Origin: Candidatus Dormibacteria bacterium
GTDB lineage: Bacteria; Chloroflexota; Dormibacteria; Aeolococcales; Bog-877
Assembly (NCBI GenBank): GCA_050734425.1
Contig: JBOHUL010000064.1
Location: 16,683 to 80,682, forward strand
DNA length: 64,000 nucleotides
Direction: 5' to 3'
Each line of letters starts with the position of its first letter. Position 1 is the first letter of the stretch. Below, in pieces: positions 34,395 through 45,247 of this stretch. The position numbers and the translations under genes are program-made. A model generated the notes under the pieces. That model was not told where the DNA came from, did no database searches, and was given only the letters and a program-made list of their open reading frames with translations.

Positions 34395-35408
34395 ATGGGA
34401 CAGAAGGTTCATCCCAACGGCTTCCGGCTCGGGGTTTACCGCCCCTGGAACGCCCGCTGGTTCGCGACCGGCCGGGAGTACACCAAGCTGCTTCAGGAAG
34501 ACCTGTCGATGCGCCAGTTGATCGCCAGCCGGCTCAAGAACGCCAGCGTGGCCAGGATCGAGACCGAGCGCTCTGCCAACCAGCTCACGGTCATCATCCA
34601 CACGGCCAAACCGGGCATCGTAATCGGCCGCAGTGGGGCCTCGGTGGACGCGCTCCGGGACAACCTGGAGCGGATCTCCAACAAGAAGGTGCGGGTCACG
34701 ATCCAGGAGATCAAGACCCCCGAGCTCGACGCCCAGCTGCTGGCGGAGAACGTTGCCAACCAGCTGGAGAAGCGGATCGCCTTCCGCCGGGCCGTCAAGC
34801 AGTCGGTCATGCGTTCGATGCGGGCGGGGGCCAAGGGGGTGAAGATCCAGATCTCGGGCCGCTTGGGTGGCGGCGACATGAGTCGTCGCGAGTGGGACCG
34901 GGACGGCCGGGTCCCGCTGCACACCCTGAAGGCGGACATCGACTACGGCCAGGCCGAGGCCAAGACCACTTCCGGACAGATCGGGGTCAGCGCCTGGATC
35001 TACCGCGGCGACTTCGCCGATGCCGAGGCCCAACCGGTGGCGGCACCCGAGGCGCCGGCCGCCGCAGTGGCGACGCCTCCGGTGGACCAGACCGCGACCC
35101 CGGTCGCCGAGGGCCCTCCCGCCAGCCCTCCGGCCCAGGCCGCGGCGACGCCCCTCGACCAGGGTGCAGAGATGGTCTCGGAGGGATCCCCGGCGCCGAC
35201 GGAAGGCGGGGCGGAACCCAAGCCCAAGCCTCGAACCCGGGTCCGGAGCGCTCCGACCAAGGCGGCTGCCGCGGGCGCAGCCCCGGCCGCCCCGGTCAAA
35301 CGGGCCACCCGGACCCGGGCTCCGGCCCCGGCGGCCAAGCCCACGAAAGCGCCCCGCCGGCGTTCGACCAAGTCCGGCTCCGAGCCCAAGCCCGAGAAGG
35401 CGGGCTGA
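34395..35408 (+). CDS. rpsC: 30S ribosomal protein S3 (with ~120-aa Ala/Pro/Lys-rich C-terminal extension)
   Basis: S3 KH and C-terminal domains, then ...[14 protein letters not shown]...[48 protein letters not shown]... Confidence 0.9.
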   Translation: MGQKVHPNGFRLGVYRPWNARWFATGREYTKLLQEDLSMRQLIASRLKNASVARIETERSANQLTVIIHTAKPGIVIGRSGASVDALRDNLERISNKKVRVTIQEIKTPELDAQLLAENVANQLEKRIAFRRAVKQSVMRSMRAGAKGVKIQISGRLGGGDMSRREWDRDGRVPLHTLKADIDYGQAEAKTTSGQIGVSAWIYRGDFADAEAQPVAAPEAPAAAVATPPVDQTATPVAEGPPASPPAQAAATPLDQGAEMVSEGSPAPTEGGAEPKPKPRTRVRSAPTKAAAAGAAPAAPVKRATRTRAPAPAAKPTKAPRRRSTKSGSEPKPEKAG

Positions 35409-35409
35409 G

Positions 35410-35844
35410 ATGCTGATCCCAAGAAGGCCGCGGCACCGCAAGCAGCACCGGGGCCGGATGACCGGCGCCGCCCAGCGGGGCTCGAGCCTTGCGTTTGGCC
35501 CGTACGGGCTGCAGGCTCTTGAGCCCTGCTGGATGACCAACCGCCAGATCGAGGCTGCCCGCCGGGCCATGACCCGGCACGTGCGACGGGGAGGTAAGAT
35601 CTGGATCCGCGTATTCCCGGACAAGCCGGTCACCAAGAAGCCCGCTGAGACCCGGATGGGGTCAGGCAAGGGCAACCCAGAAGGCTGGGTGAGTGTGGTC
35701 CGGCCGGGACGGATCCTCTTTGAGATGGATGGAGTGGGCATGGACACGGCCAAAGAAGCGATGCGTTTGGCGGCGCACAAGCTGCCGCTGCGGACTCGCT
35801 TCGTCGCACGGGACGACGGACCGATGCAGGAGCAGGCCTCGTGA
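35410..35844 (+). CDS. rplP: 50S ribosomal protein L16
   Basis: [38 protein letters not shown]...; the tool ORF 35020.. is an over-extension. Confidence 0.9.
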   Translation: MLIPRRPRHRKQHRGRMTGAAQRGSSLAFGPYGLQALEPCWMTNRQIEAARRAMTRHVRRGGKIWIRVFPDKPVTKKPAETRMGSGKGNPEGWVSVVRPGRILFEMDGVGMDTAKEAMRLAAHKLPLRTRFVARDDGPMQEQAS

Positions 35845-36059
35845 CTAAGCGGGCGCTCGACGTGCAGCAGCTTCGGGAGGGGGACGACATCGCCCTGGCC
35901 GAAGCCCTCCAGGCACGCCAGCAGGAGCTGTTGCAGCTGCGCCTGCAGCGGGCCACCGGTCAGCTGGAGCAGCACCGGCGCATCCGCGAGGTGCGACGCG
36001 GGATCGCCCGGGTGCACACCCTGATCCGGGAGCGGGCCCTGCAGGAGGGCGAGGGTTGA
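35841..36059 (+). CDS. rpmC: 50S ribosomal protein L29
   Basis: L29 family helical hairpin. Confidence 0.85.
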   Translation: MTKRALDVQQLREGDDIALAEALQARQQELLQLRLQRATGQLEQHRRIREVRRGIARVHTLIRERALQEGEG

Positions 36060-36328
36060 GCCCGGAGGCGGCTTCCACCCGGCCCCGGCGCAAGATCCGG
36101 TTGGGCATGGTCGTGAGCGACAAGATGGAGAAGACGGTGGTGGTGGAGGTCCAGGAGCTGCGGGCCCACCGCCTCTACCACAAGGTGCTGCGGCGCAGCC
36201 ACCGCTTCCAGGCCCACGACGAGACCAATGACTGCCACACCGGCGACCGGGTCCGGATCATGGAGACGCGGCCGTTGAGCCGGACCAAGCGCTGGCGCGT
36301 GATCGAGATCGTGGACCGGGCGAGGTAA
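36056..36328 (+). CDS. rpsQ: 30S ribosomal protein S17
   Basis: ...[18 protein letters not shown]... S17 OB fold. Confidence 0.9.
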   Translation: MSPEAASTRPRRKIRLGMVVSDKMEKTVVVEVQELRAHRLYHKVLRRSHRFQAHDETNDCHTGDRVRIMETRPLSRTKRWRVIEIVDRAR

Positions 36329-36331
36329 CCG

Positions 36332-36700
36332 GTGATCCAGCAGGAGACCGTGCTCAAGGTTGCGGACAACAGCGGCGCCCGCGAGATCCTCTGCGTTCGG
36401 GTGACTGGGGGATCGGCCCGGCGCTACGCCTCCCTCGGCGACGTGATCGTGGCCGCGGTCAAGGTGGCCCAACCCAACTCCGGGGTCAAGAAGGGAGACG
36501 TGGTCAAGGCGGTGGTGGTTCGCACCGCCAAGGAGTGCCGCCGCCCCGATGGTAGCCGGATCCGGTTTGACGACAACGCGGCGGTCTTGCTCAATCCCCA
36601 GAACAGCCCGCGGGGCACACGCATCTTCGGGCCGGTGGCGCGGGAGCTGCGCGAGCGCAACTTCATGAAGATAATCTCGCTGGCGCCGGAGGTGCTTTGA
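36332..36700 (+). CDS. rplN: 50S ribosomal protein L14
   Basis: [24 protein letters not shown]... Confidence 0.95.
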   Translation: MIQQETVLKVADNSGAREILCVRVTGGSARRYASLGDVIVAAVKVAQPNSGVKKGDVVKAVVVRTAKECRRPDGSRIRFDDNAAVLLNPQNSPRGTRIFGPVARELRERNFMKIISLAPEVL

Positions 36701-37077
36701 CGGTGCCCCGCACCAGTCCGCGTCGCCACGTGCGCGCTCTGGACATCCGCTCCGGCGACACCGTGGTCGTAATCTCCGGCTCCGAGCGGGGCAAGCGGGG
36801 CGTGGTGGAGCGCACCCTCTCCAGGGAGCAGCGGATCGTGGTCAACGGAGTCAACATCCGCAAGCGGCACCAGCGGGCGGGCCAGCGACGCGGCGGCACC
36901 GCGGCGATGCAGGGAGGCGTCATCGACTTCCCGGCACCGCTGCACTACAGCAACGTCCAACTGGTCTGCCTCAACTGCGACCAACCGACCCGGCTGGGGC
37001 GAAGGCTCGAGGGGGACCGGATGGTGGCCTACTGCAGGCGCTGCGACAAGACCTATCTCAGGCCCCCGCGAGCATGA
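36697..37077 (+). CDS. rplX: 50S ribosomal protein L24 (variant with C-terminal CxxC...CxxC motif)
   Basis: KOW motif [16 protein letters not shown]; the C-terminus is replaced by [30 protein letters not shown]. Confidence 0.85.
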   Translation: MTVPRTSPRRHVRALDIRSGDTVVVISGSERGKRGVVERTLSREQRIVVNGVNIRKRHQRAGQRRGGTAAMQGGVIDFPAPLHYSNVQLVCLNCDQPTRLGRRLEGDRMVAYCRRCDKTYLRPPRA

Positions 37078-37622
37078 GCGCGGCAGCGCCGCGGCTCTTG
37101 GGGAGCTATCGGGAGACGGTGATCCCCGGGCTCGTCTCCAACTTCGGTTACCTCAACGTGATGCAGGTGCCGCGGCTGGAGAAGATCGTGGTCAACGTCG
37201 GCGTCGGCGAGGCGATCCAGAATGGCAAGGCGCTGGACGCCGCGATCAACGACCTCCGCACCATCACCGGACAGCAGCCTCAGGTGCGCAAGGCGCGAAA
37301 GTCGGTCGCCGCCTTCAAGCTGCGCCAGGGCATGACCGTGGGACTCAAGGTGACGCTACGGGGCGCTCGCATGTACGAGTTCCTGGACCGGCTGGTGAGC
37401 GTGGCCCTACCCCGGATCCGCGACTTCCGCGGGGTCCAGGCCCGCTTCGACGGCCGGGGCAACCTGACCCTGGGGCTGGTCGAGCAGTTGGTCTTTCCCG
37501 AGATCAACTACGACAAGATTGACAAGCTCCGGGGGATGGAGATAACCATCGTCACCACCGCCAGGACGGATGCCGAGGGCCAGAGCCTGCTGGCCGCCCT
37601 GGGCATGCCCTTCCGGCGCTAG
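37074..37622 (+). CDS. rplE: 50S ribosomal protein L5
   Basis: L5 family. Confidence 0.95.
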   Translation: MSAAAPRLLGSYRETVIPGLVSNFGYLNVMQVPRLEKIVVNVGVGEAIQNGKALDAAINDLRTITGQQPQVRKARKSVAAFKLRQGMTVGLKVTLRGARMYEFLDRLVSVALPRIRDFRGVQARFDGRGNLTLGLVEQLVFPEINYDKIDKLRGMEITIVTTARTDAEGQSLLAALGMPFRR

Positions 37623-37632
37623 GAGATCCCGC

Positions 37633-37818
37633 TTGGCGAAGAAGTCGAAGATCATGGCCAGCCGGCGAGCGCCGCGATTCTCGGTCCAGGCCCGCAGCCG
37701 CTGCAATCTCTGCGGGCGGCCCCGGGGCTACATGCGCAAGTTCGGCCTCTGCCGCATCTGCTTTAGAATCCGAGCCTCCCAGGGGCAGATCCCCGGGGTG
37801 CGCAAGTCGAGCTGGTAG
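37633..37818 (+). CDS. rpsN: 30S ribosomal protein S14 type Z (zinc-binding, 61 aa)
   Basis: TTG start after AGGAG. (M)[60 protein letters not shown] with a C4 motif. The tool ORF 37570.. is over-extended. Confidence 0.85.
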   Translation: MAKKSKIMASRRAPRFSVQARSRCNLCGRPRGYMRKFGLCRICFRIRASQGQIPGVRKSSW

Positions 37819-37824
37819 AAGAGA

Positions 37825-38220
37825 GTGCTGAGCGATCCGATTGCCGACATGTTGACGCGGGTCCGCAACGCCAACCTGGCCGACCGTGACCGGGTTGAGA
37901 TGCCGGCCAGCAAGGTGAAGGCGGAGATCGCCCGCGTCCTGCGGGACGAGGGCTTCATCAAGGACTTCGGGACCCTCGAGGCCGGCGGTCACCGAAGCCT
38001 GTGGTTGGAGCTCAAGCCCAAGACCGCGCTGGGTCGGCCGCTGAGCGGACTGCGCCGGGTCAGCCGCCCAGGCCTGCGGGTCTACTCTGGGAGCCAGTCC
38101 ATCCCCAGGGTTCTGGGGGGGCTGGGGGTGGCGGTGGTGTCCACCTCCCAGGGGATCATGAGCGGCCAGAAGGCACGTCAGCAGCGGCTGGGTGGCGAAG
38201 TCCTGGCCGAGGTCTGGTAG
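37825..38220 (+). CDS. rpsH: 30S ribosomal protein S8
   Basis: [16 protein letters not shown]... Confidence 0.95.
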   Translation: MLSDPIADMLTRVRNANLADRDRVEMPASKVKAEIARVLRDEGFIKDFGTLEAGGHRSLWLELKPKTALGRPLSGLRRVSRPGLRVYSGSQSIPRVLGGLGVAVVSTSQGIMSGQKARQQRLGGEVLAEVW

Positions 38221-38228
38221 GGCTCGCC

Positions 38229-38777
38229 GTGTCACGCATCGGCAGGACCGCGATCCCCCTTCCCCAAGGGGTGACCGTCAAGCTGGAGTGGCCTTCGGTG
38301 GCGGTTACGGGACCGATGGGCGAGCTCCGCCGGGAGCTGCCCCGGGCCATGACCGTCCGCCAGGAGGATGGCCTCCTCTTGGTGGAGCGGCCCAGCGACT
38401 CCGCTCCCCATCGCTCCCTCCACGGCCTCACCCGCACCCTGCTGGCCAACATGGTCCAGGGGGTCACGACCGGCTTTCGCAAGGAGCTGGAGCTGCAGGG
38501 GGTGGGGTACCGGGCCTCGATCCAGGCTGGCGATCTGCAGCTGGCCCTGGGCTACTCCCACCCGGTCCGCGTGACCCCACCGCCGGGGATCCGGATCGAG
38601 GTGCCCGAGCCAACCCGGATCGCGGTCTCGGGCAGCGACAAGGAGCTGGTGGGCCAGACCGCGGCCCGGATCCGCGCCGCTCGCAAGCCCGAGCCGTACA
38701 AGGGCAAGGGCGTGCGCTATCGCGGCGAGGTGATCCGGCGCAAGGCGGGCAAGAGCGGCAAGCAGGTCAAGGCATAG
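38229..38777 (+). CDS. rplF: 50S ribosomal protein L6
   Basis: GTG start; (M)[19 protein letters not shown].... The tool ORF 38001.. is over-extended. Confidence 0.9.
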   Translation: MSRIGRTAIPLPQGVTVKLEWPSVAVTGPMGELRRELPRAMTVRQEDGLLLVERPSDSAPHRSLHGLTRTLLANMVQGVTTGFRKELELQGVGYRASIQAGDLQLALGYSHPVRVTPPPGIRIEVPEPTRIAVSGSDKELVGQTAARIRAARKPEPYKGKGVRYRGEVIRRKAGKSGKQVKA

Positions 38778-38779
38778 CC

Positions 38780-39136
38780 ATGGTCCCTTCTCGGCGGACT
38801 TCGGCGCGGCAGCACCGGCACCGGCGGGTGAGGGGTCGGGTGGTGGGCTCCGGCCTCAGGCCCCGGCTCTGTGTATTTCGCAGCCTGCACCACCTCTACG
38901 CCCAGGTGGTGGACGACGACCGGGGCAACACTCTGGTCGCCGCCAGCACCACCGAGCCTGGCCTCGGTGCCAAGGGTGCCAACCGGGCCAGCGCCGCCAT
39001 CGTCGGCAAGACCGTGGGCGAGCGAGCGCGGGCGGCGGGAATCAGCCGGGTGGTCTTCGACCGCGGGGGCTATCTGTACCATGGGCGGGTCCAGGCGCTG
39101 GCAGAGGCCGCGCGGGCCGCCGGTCTGGAGTTCTGA
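38780..39136 (+). CDS. rplR: 50S ribosomal protein L18
   Basis: [21 protein letters not shown]...; the tool ORF 38192.. is over-extended. Confidence 0.9.
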   Translation: MVPSRRTSARQHRHRRVRGRVVGSGLRPRLCVFRSLHHLYAQVVDDDRGNTLVAASTTEPGLGAKGANRASAAIVGKTVGERARAAGISRVVFDRGGYLYHGRVQALAEAARAAGLEF

Positions 39137-39140
39137 GATC

Positions 39141-39695
39141 GTGAGTACCAACATGTCGCGGCCCGACCGTGATGCCCGGGGCGAGCTTTCCGAGCGGGTG
39201 GTGAGCCTCAACCGGGTGGCCAAGGTGGTGAAGGGTGGCCGTCGCTTCTCCTTCAGCGCCCTGGTCGTCGTCGGCGACGGCGCCGGACGGGTGGGTGCCG
39301 GGCTGGGCAAGGCGGGGGAGGTGCCGGAGGCCATCCGCAAGGGGGTCGACGACGCCAAGAAGCACATGATCCACGTGCCCATGGTTGGGCGGACCATCCC
39401 CCACCGCGTGCTCCGCAAGGAGGGCGCGGCCAAGGTTCTGCTTCGGCCGGCCTCGCCCGGGACCGGGGTGATCTCGGGAGGAGCCATGCGGGCGGTGGTG
39501 GAGCTGGCCGGGATCAAGGACATCCTGACCAAGTCCCTGGGGACTGACAATCCCATCAACACGGTCCGGGCAACGATGGGGGCCCTGCGCGAGCTCCGCA
39601 CCGCCGAGACCGTGGCCCAGATGCGCGGAGTCGCGGTGGCGGAACTGGGCATGCGCCGGGCCCCCGCGACCCCGGGAGAGGACCAGGGTGGCTGA
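39141..39695 (+). CDS. rpsE: 30S ribosomal protein S5
   Basis: ...[40 protein letters not shown].... GTG start after GGAG; an ATG at 39153 is an alternative. Confidence 0.9.
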   Translation: MSTNMSRPDRDARGELSERVVSLNRVAKVVKGGRRFSFSALVVVGDGAGRVGAGLGKAGEVPEAIRKGVDDAKKHMIHVPMVGRTIPHRVLRKEGAAKVLLRPASPGTGVISGGAMRAVVELAGIKDILTKSLGTDNPINTVRATMGALRELRTAETVAQMRGVAVAELGMRRAPATPGEDQGG

Positions 39696-39927
39696 GGAGC
39701 CGGGGGGGCTGCGGGTGACCTGGGTCAAGAGCGCCATCGGCTACGGCCAGGACCAGAAGCGGACGATTGAGGCCCTGGGGCTGCGGCGGCTGGGCCAGAC
39801 GGCTCAGCATCGAGACTCGCCCGCGATCCGGGGAATGGTCCGCGCCGTCGCCCATCTGGTCAAGGTGGAGGAGACGGAGTCCAGCCCGGAGAAGAGCGGG
39901 CAGCGTCAGCGCAGAGGGCGGCGGTGA
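39688..39927 (+). CDS. rpmD: 50S ribosomal protein L30 (with C-terminal extension)
   Basis: L30 core [31 protein letters not shown]... plus a ~20-aa basic tail. Confidence 0.8.
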   Translation: MAEEPGGLRVTWVKSAIGYGQDQKRTIEALGLRRLGQTAQHRDSPAIRGMVRAVAHLVKVEETESSPEKSGQRQRRGRR

Positions 39928-40625
39928 GGGTCGACCAGGTCCAGCGGGCCGCGGGCAGCCGGCGCCCGCGCAAGCGGGTCGGGCGCGGGATCGCCGCCGG
40001 AGGCGGGAAGACCGCGGGCCGGGGGCAAAAGGGCCAGGGGGCGCGCAGCTCCTGGAGCCTGCCCCGCTCCTTCGAGGGCGGCCAGATGCCCCTGACCCAG
40101 CGGGTCCCCAAGTTGCGGGGATTCCACAACCACTTCCGGATCGAGTATCAGGTCGTCAACTGTGGCAAGCTGCGCCGCTTTCAGGCGGGCGAGGTCGTCG
40201 ACCCTGAACGCCTGCGTCAGGCGGGGCTGATCCAGCACGCGGACCGTCCGGTCAAACTTCTGGCTGGCGGCGGCGCACCGCCGGCGGTGTCGGTGCGGGT
40301 CCAGCGCAGCTCCAAGGCAGCCCTTGCGGCGCTGACCGCGGCGGGGGGCGCGTTGGAGTTGCTGCCAACGGCCGCCGCAGCGGCGGAGGCCGCGGCAGGA
40401 TCTGCCACTGCGCCTGCGAGCCGGGCCGAGGCGGTCCCGCCCCAGGCGGAGCCGGCGCGGGAGGAGCCTCAGCTGGTCAGTGAGGCCCCGGCCCGGCTCA
40501 CTGTCAAGCGCGCGCCCAGGAAGACCAAGGCGTCCGGGCCGAAGGCGGCGGCGGCGGCTCCGGAAGGCACGCCCGGGTCCACGGCGGATGGGGTCGGCAG
40601 CGGAGGGCAGGAAACCTCGCCATGA
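39924..40625 (+). CDS. rplO: 50S ribosomal protein L15 (with ~85-aa Ala-rich C-terminal extension)
   Basis: L15 core (~146 aa), then ...[31 protein letters not shown]... Confidence 0.85.
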   Translation: MRVDQVQRAAGSRRPRKRVGRGIAAGGGKTAGRGQKGQGARSSWSLPRSFEGGQMPLTQRVPKLRGFHNHFRIEYQVVNCGKLRRFQAGEVVDPERLRQAGLIQHADRPVKLLAGGGAPPAVSVRVQRSSKAALAALTAAGGALELLPTAAAAAEAAAGSATAPASRAEAVPPQAEPAREEPQLVSEAPARLTVKRAPRKTKASGPKAAAAAPEGTPGSTADGVGSGGQETSP

Positions 40626-41974
40626 GCCTGTTCGGGGCGCTCCGTGCCGCGATGCAGGTTCCCGAGCTCCGGCGCAAGCTCTTGATCACGATCGGGCTGA
40701 TCGTGGTCTTTCGCATTCTGGCGACCATCACCATCCCCGGTGTCAACGGGGCGGCGCTGCGGCAACTGTTCAGCAGCAACGGCCTCTTGGGCCTGATCAA
40801 CCTCTTTTCTGGCAGCGGCTTCTCCACCGGCAACAACGCCGGGATTTCCATCGTCGCGCTGGGTCTGAACCCATTCATCAACGCCACCATCATCATGCAG
40901 CTGATGACAGTGATCTCGACCAGGGTCAAGGAACTCTCCAAGGAGGGGGAGATGGGGCGCCGGAGGCTGACCCAGTACGCCCGCTACCTCACGGTGGCGC
41001 TGGCGATGCTGCAGGCGTTCGGCTACACCCGCCTCTTCGAGAGCTACAGCTTCGACGGCCAGACGATCCTCTCCCCGACCACCTCCTGGCCGGTGGTGCT
41101 GGAGATCGTCATCGTCCTCACCGGCGGCACCATCATCATCATGTGGTTTGGGGAGCTGATCACGGAGTACGGCCTGGGAAACGGCGTTTCCATCATCATC
41201 ATGGCCGGGATTCTGGCCCAGATCCCAGGAAATGTGCTGGCCTTCACCAACGGCGGGTCGGCCCAGACCTTTACCGTCTTCATGTTTGCCGTCATCGGGG
41301 TACTGGTGGCGGGAGGCATCATCTTTGTCCAACAGGCCACGCGCAAGATACCCATCCAATCGGCGCAGCGCGTCGTTGGGCGGCAGGTGTATCAGGGCAG
41401 GAGCAGCTTCCTGCCGCTTAGGGTCAACCAGGCGGGGGTGATTCCAATCATCTTCGCCATCTCGATCATGTTCTTCCCCACCATCTTCGGCAATTTCTTC
41501 GCACCCGCCGCCGGGCACGGAGGTGGTGTGGTGGGTGAGTTAGCCACCTGGGTCCACAACAGCTGGAACCCCTTCGGGCCGATCCTCTGGCTGGACATCA
41601 TCTACGAGTTGATCTACTTCGCATTGATCATGGGCTTCACCTTCTTCTACACCGCTGTGACCTTCGACCCTGAGGACGCGGCCGACAATCTGCGCAAGAG
41701 CGCCACCTTCATCCCCGGCATCCGACCGGGTCGGGCGACGGCGCAGTACCTGGCCCGGGTGATGAGCCGGATCACCCTGGCCGGCGCGATCTTCCTCGGC
41801 CTGATCACCGTGGTGCTGCCCATCCTGACGGCATTACTGACTGGCCAGCAGCCCAACCAGGGGCTGTACCTGGGCGGCACGGCAGTGCTGATCGTGGTCG
41901 GGGTTTCGCTCGACACCATGAAGCAGTTGGAGACCCAGCTCCTGATGCGGCAATATCGGGGATTCATCCATTGA
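40622..41974 (+). CDS. secY: Preprotein translocase subunit SecY
   Basis: 10-TM SecY family, ...ALGLNPFINATIIMQLM... Confidence 0.95.
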   Translation: MSLFGALRAAMQVPELRRKLLITIGLIVVFRILATITIPGVNGAALRQLFSSNGLLGLINLFSGSGFSTGNNAGISIVALGLNPFINATIIMQLMTVISTRVKELSKEGEMGRRRLTQYARYLTVALAMLQAFGYTRLFESYSFDGQTILSPTTSWPVVLEIVIVLTGGTIIIMWFGELITEYGLGNGVSIIIMAGILAQIPGNVLAFTNGGSAQTFTVFMFAVIGVLVAGGIIFVQQATRKIPIQSAQRVVGRQVYQGRSSFLPLRVNQAGVIPIIFAISIMFFPTIFGNFFAPAAGHGGGVVGELATWVHNSWNPFGPILWLDIIYELIYFALIMGFTFFYTAVTFDPEDAADNLRKSATFIPGIRPGRATAQYLARVMSRITLAGAIFLGLITVVLPILTALLTGQQPNQGLYLGGTAVLIVVGVSLDTMKQLETQLLMRQYRGFIH

Positions 41975-41990
41975 GAGGGGGGGCGAGAGG

Positions 41991-42569
41991 GTGGCGGCAG
42001 CAGTCCATCGCAACCTAGCCCTGTTCGGGCCCGCGGGTTCTGGCAAGGGGACGCAGGCCGAGCTGTTGCGGCGGAAGCTGGGCCTGGAGCACATCGCCAC
42101 GGGGGAGATGCTGCGGCAGGAGCACTCCAAAGGCACCGAGCTGGGCCAGACGCTGGCGACCTACCTGGACCAAGGCAAGCTGGTGCCCGATGAGGTAATC
42201 GTGGCCATGATCCGCCACCGGCTCGACGACCCCAGTGCCGACTCGGGCTTCGTCCTCGACGGCTTTCCCCGGACCCTGACCCAGGCCAGGGCCCTGGAGG
42301 AGATGCTGGCCCGGGTGGGCAGGCCCCTGGACATGGTCCTGGTGCTGAAGGTGCCGACCGAGCAGCTGGTCCAACGGCTGGAGCTGCGGGCCCGGCAGCA
42401 GAACCGCGCCGACGATACCCGCGACGTGATCGAGGAGCGGCTGCGGATCTACCGAGAGCAGACGGCGGCGGCCCTGGATTACCTGGCGGAGTCGGTGCCG
42501 CTCTTCCACGTCGATGGCACTCGGCCGGCGGAAGCCGTGTTCCAGGCTATCCTGGGGGCGGTCTCATGA
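41991..42569 (+). CDS. adk: Adenylate kinase (short, no zinc lid)
   Basis: LFGPAGSGKGTQAELL... Confidence 0.9.
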   Translation: MAAAVHRNLALFGPAGSGKGTQAELLRRKLGLEHIATGEMLRQEHSKGTELGQTLATYLDQGKLVPDEVIVAMIRHRLDDPSADSGFVLDGFPRTLTQARALEEMLARVGRPLDMVLVLKVPTEQLVQRLELRARQQNRADDTRDVIEERLRIYREQTAAALDYLAESVPLFHVDGTRPAEAVFQAILGAVS

Positions 42570-43324
42570 TCACCCTCAAACGCCCCGAGGAGATCGAGCT
42601 GATGCGTCAGGCGGGGCGGCGGCTGGCGGAGGTGATCGACCTCCTGGCCAAAGCCGTGGTTCCCGGGGTCACCACCAGCGAGCTCGACCGCACTGCCAAC
42701 CGGGAGATCCGGCGGCGGGACAGCTTTCCGGGCTTTCTCGGCTACGACGGCTTCCCCAAGCATCTGTGCGTCTCGGTCAACGATCAGGTGCTCCACGCCA
42801 TCCCCGACGGGCGGCGCTTGGAGGAGGGCGACATCGTCAGCCTCGACTGCGGTCTGATCTACCAGGGCTGGTGGGCAGACGCCGGGGTGACCGTGGGCTG
42901 CGGTGCCGTCGACCCGGAGGCGGAGCGCCTGATGCGGGTGACCCAGGAGGCGCTGGACCGGGGCATTGCCCAGGCGGTTCCGGGCAACCGCCTGGGCGAC
43001 ATCGGCCACGCGGTGCAGCAGCACGTCGAGACCCACGGTTTCTCGATCGTGCGGGGCTACACCGGACACGGCATCGGCCGCGACATGCACGAGTCTCCGG
43101 ACGTGCCCAACCACGGGGTCCCCGGGCGGGGGGTCGAGATCCGGCCCGGTCTCTGCCTGGCGATCGAGCCCATCGTCAACGAGGGCGATCCCGGCACCCA
43201 GGTGGAGGCAGACGGCTGGACCGTGACCACCGCCGACCGGCGCCGCTCCTGCTACTTCGAGCACACCATCGCCATCAGCTCCCAAGGGGCGGAGGTGCTG
43301 ACGCGCTTACCGGGGGCCGCCTGA
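42566..43324 (+). CDS. map: Methionine aminopeptidase type I
   Basis: Pita-bread fold motifs; ...HGIGRDMHESPDVPN... Confidence 0.9.
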   Translation: MITLKRPEEIELMRQAGRRLAEVIDLLAKAVVPGVTTSELDRTANREIRRRDSFPGFLGYDGFPKHLCVSVNDQVLHAIPDGRRLEEGDIVSLDCGLIYQGWWADAGVTVGCGAVDPEAERLMRVTQEALDRGIAQAVPGNRLGDIGHAVQQHVETHGFSIVRGYTGHGIGRDMHESPDVPNHGVPGRGVEIRPGLCLAIEPIVNEGDPGTQVEADGWTVTTADRRRSCYFEHTIAISSQGAEVLTRLPGAA

Positions 43325-43388
43325 TCCCGGCGGGGGTCGAGGCAGGATCGGATATACTTGCCCCAGGGCGAAGCTCGCCTCCGTTGTT

Positions 43389-43613
43389 GTGCCCACCAAT
43401 TTGAGCGATCCCGGCGGGCTCCGGGGTCGAGTCCTTGAACCCTTGCCGAACTCGCTCTTTCGGGTGGAGCTGGAGGCCGGGGGCAGGGTGGTGGCCCACG
43501 CGGCGGGGCGGGCGCGCTTGGCGAGCGTGCGGCTCCTCCCTGGGGACCGGGTCCTGGTCGAGCTTTCGACCACCGATCCTGGGCGGGGCCGGATCCTGGC
43601 CCGTCTAGTCTGA
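43389..43613 (+). CDS. infA: Translation initiation factor IF-1
   Basis: GTG start; ...GRVLEPLPNSLFRVELEAGGRVVAHAAGRARLASVRLLPGDRVLVELSTTDPGRGRILARL. S1-like OB fold; somewhat divergent from the canonical sequence. Confidence 0.8.
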   Translation: MPTNLSDPGGLRGRVLEPLPNSLFRVELEAGGRVVAHAAGRARLASVRLLPGDRVLVELSTTDPGRGRILARLV

Positions 43614-43631
43614 ATCACAAACAAGGGGACG

Positions 43632-43745
43632 ATGAAGGTCCGGGCATCGGTGAAGCGGATGTGTGACAAGTGCAAGGTGATCCGGCGCTCCGGCACCGTG
43701 CGGGTCATCTGCGCCAACCCCAAGCACAAGCAGCGCCAGGGCTGA
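43632..43745 (+). CDS. rpmJ: 50S ribosomal protein L36 (zinc form); not in supplied ORF track (<60 aa)
   Basis: Read directly: [37 protein letters not shown]. Confidence 0.85.
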   Translation: MKVRASVKRMCDKCKVIRRSGTVRVICANPKHKQRQG

Positions 43746-43758
43746 TGGGGAACCGCTG

Positions 43759-44142
43759 ATGGCGCGTATCGCGGGCGTCGACCTGCCCCGGGGCAAGCGC
43801 ATCGAGGTCGGCCTGACCTACATCTTCGGTATCGGCCCCACCACCAGCCGACGGATTCTGGGCATCGCCCAGGTGGACGGCGACACCAAGACCGACAACT
43901 TGAGCGAGACCCAGGTGGTGCGGCTGCGAGACGTCATCGCCAAGGAGCTGCCGATGCGGGTCGAGGGCGACCTCCGGCGCCAGGTCCTGCTCAACATCAA
44001 GCGGCTGATGGAGATCGGAACCTACCGGGGACTGCGCCACCGTCGCGGACTGCCGGTCCGAGGACAGCGGACCAGGACCAACGCTCGTTCTCGCCGGGGA
44101 CCGCGCAAGACGGTGGGCGTGAGGCGCAAGAAGGGCAAGTGA
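43759..44142 (+). CDS. rpsM: 30S ribosomal protein S13
   Basis: [26 protein letters not shown]... Confidence 0.95.
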   Translation: MARIAGVDLPRGKRIEVGLTYIFGIGPTTSRRILGIAQVDGDTKTDNLSETQVVRLRDVIAKELPMRVEGDLRRQVLLNIKRLMEIGTYRGLRHRRGLPVRGQRTRTNARSRRGPRKTVGVRRKKGK

Positions 44143-44190
44143 TGCCATCGGGCGGCCGGGCGGGTACGTCTTCGGCCGTGAGGAGCTGAG

Positions 44191-44583
44191 TTGGCGAAGA
44201 AGAAGGTGGTGCGGACGCGCCGGCGCGAACGCAAGAACGTGACCGTGGGCAAGGCGCACGTGTTCAGTACCTTCAACAACACCATCGTCACCCTGACCGA
44301 CCCCCAGGGCAACGTGCTCGCGTGGGGCAGCGCCGGCTCGGCGGGTTTCAAGGGCTCGCGCAAGAGCACCCCCTTCGCCGCCCAGGTGACTGCGACCGAG
44401 GCGGCCAAGCGGGCGATGGAGCACGGGCTCAAGTCGATCGAGGTGCTGGTCAAAGGGCCCGGCCAGGGCCGCGAGGCGGCCATCCGCTCGCTGCAGGCGG
44501 CGGGCCTGGAGGTGAGCTCCATCACTGACGTGACCCCGGTGCCCCACAACGGTTGCCGGGCGCCCAAGCGGCGGCGGGTCTAG
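44191..44583 (+). CDS. rpsK: 30S ribosomal protein S11
   Basis: TTG start after GAGGAG; S11 family. Confidence 0.95.
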   Translation: MAKKKVVRTRRRERKNVTVGKAHVFSTFNNTIVTLTDPQGNVLAWGSAGSAGFKGSRKSTPFAAQVTATEAAKRAMEHGLKSIEVLVKGPGQGREAAIRSLQAAGLEVSSITDVTPVPHNGCRAPKRRRV

Positions 44584-45219
44584 ATGGCCAATCCCCACGC
44601 TCCGGTCTGCCGCCTCTGCCGTCGCGAAGGGGTCAAGCTTTTCCTCAAGGGGGAGAAGTGCATAGGCGAGCGCTGCACGTTCACTAGGCGCAACGCGACC
44701 CCTCCAGGACAGCACGGACTGTCGCGGCGCCGGCGGATCAGTGAGTACGGGATCCAGTTGCGGGCCAAGCAGCGGGGCCGCCGCATCTTCGGGGTGATGG
44801 AGACCCAGTTCCACAACTACTTCGACCAGGCGGCGGCGCGCAACGGTGTCACCGGCACCCTGCTGCTGCAGCTCTTGGAGCAGCGCCTGGACAACGTCGT
44901 CTACCGAGCCGGATTCGCCTCCTCGCGGAGCGAGGCCAGGCAGATGGTGGGGCACCGCCACTTCCAGGTCAACGGTCGGACCGTCAACATCCCCTCCTTC
45001 CAGGTCAAGCCGGGCCAGGTGGTCGAGGTCCGGGAGCGTAGCCGCGAGCTGCAGGCGATCACCCGGTCGCTGGAGCTCCGGGGCGACCAGGGACGGCCCC
45101 CGTGGCTGGCCCTCGACTCGGAGCAGCGGCGGGTGGAGGTGACCCGGCTGCCGGAGCGACCTGAGATGGATACCACCATCGACGAACAGCTGATCGTCGA
45201 GTGGTACTCCCGACAGTAA
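44584..45219 (+). CDS. rpsD: 30S ribosomal protein S4 (zinc-binding N-terminus)
   Basis: ...CRLCRREGVKLFLKGEKCIGERC... Confidence 0.95.
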   Translation: MANPHAPVCRLCRREGVKLFLKGEKCIGERCTFTRRNATPPGQHGLSRRRRISEYGIQLRAKQRGRRIFGVMETQFHNYFDQAAARNGVTGTLLLQLLEQRLDNVVYRAGFASSRSEARQMVGHRHFQVNGRTVNIPSFQVKPGQVVEVRERSRELQAITRSLELRGDQGRPPWLALDSEQRRVEVTRLPERPEMDTTIDEQLIVEWYSRQ

Positions 45220-45247
45220 CGGGGCCATGCCCCTGCCAGCGAGGTGA

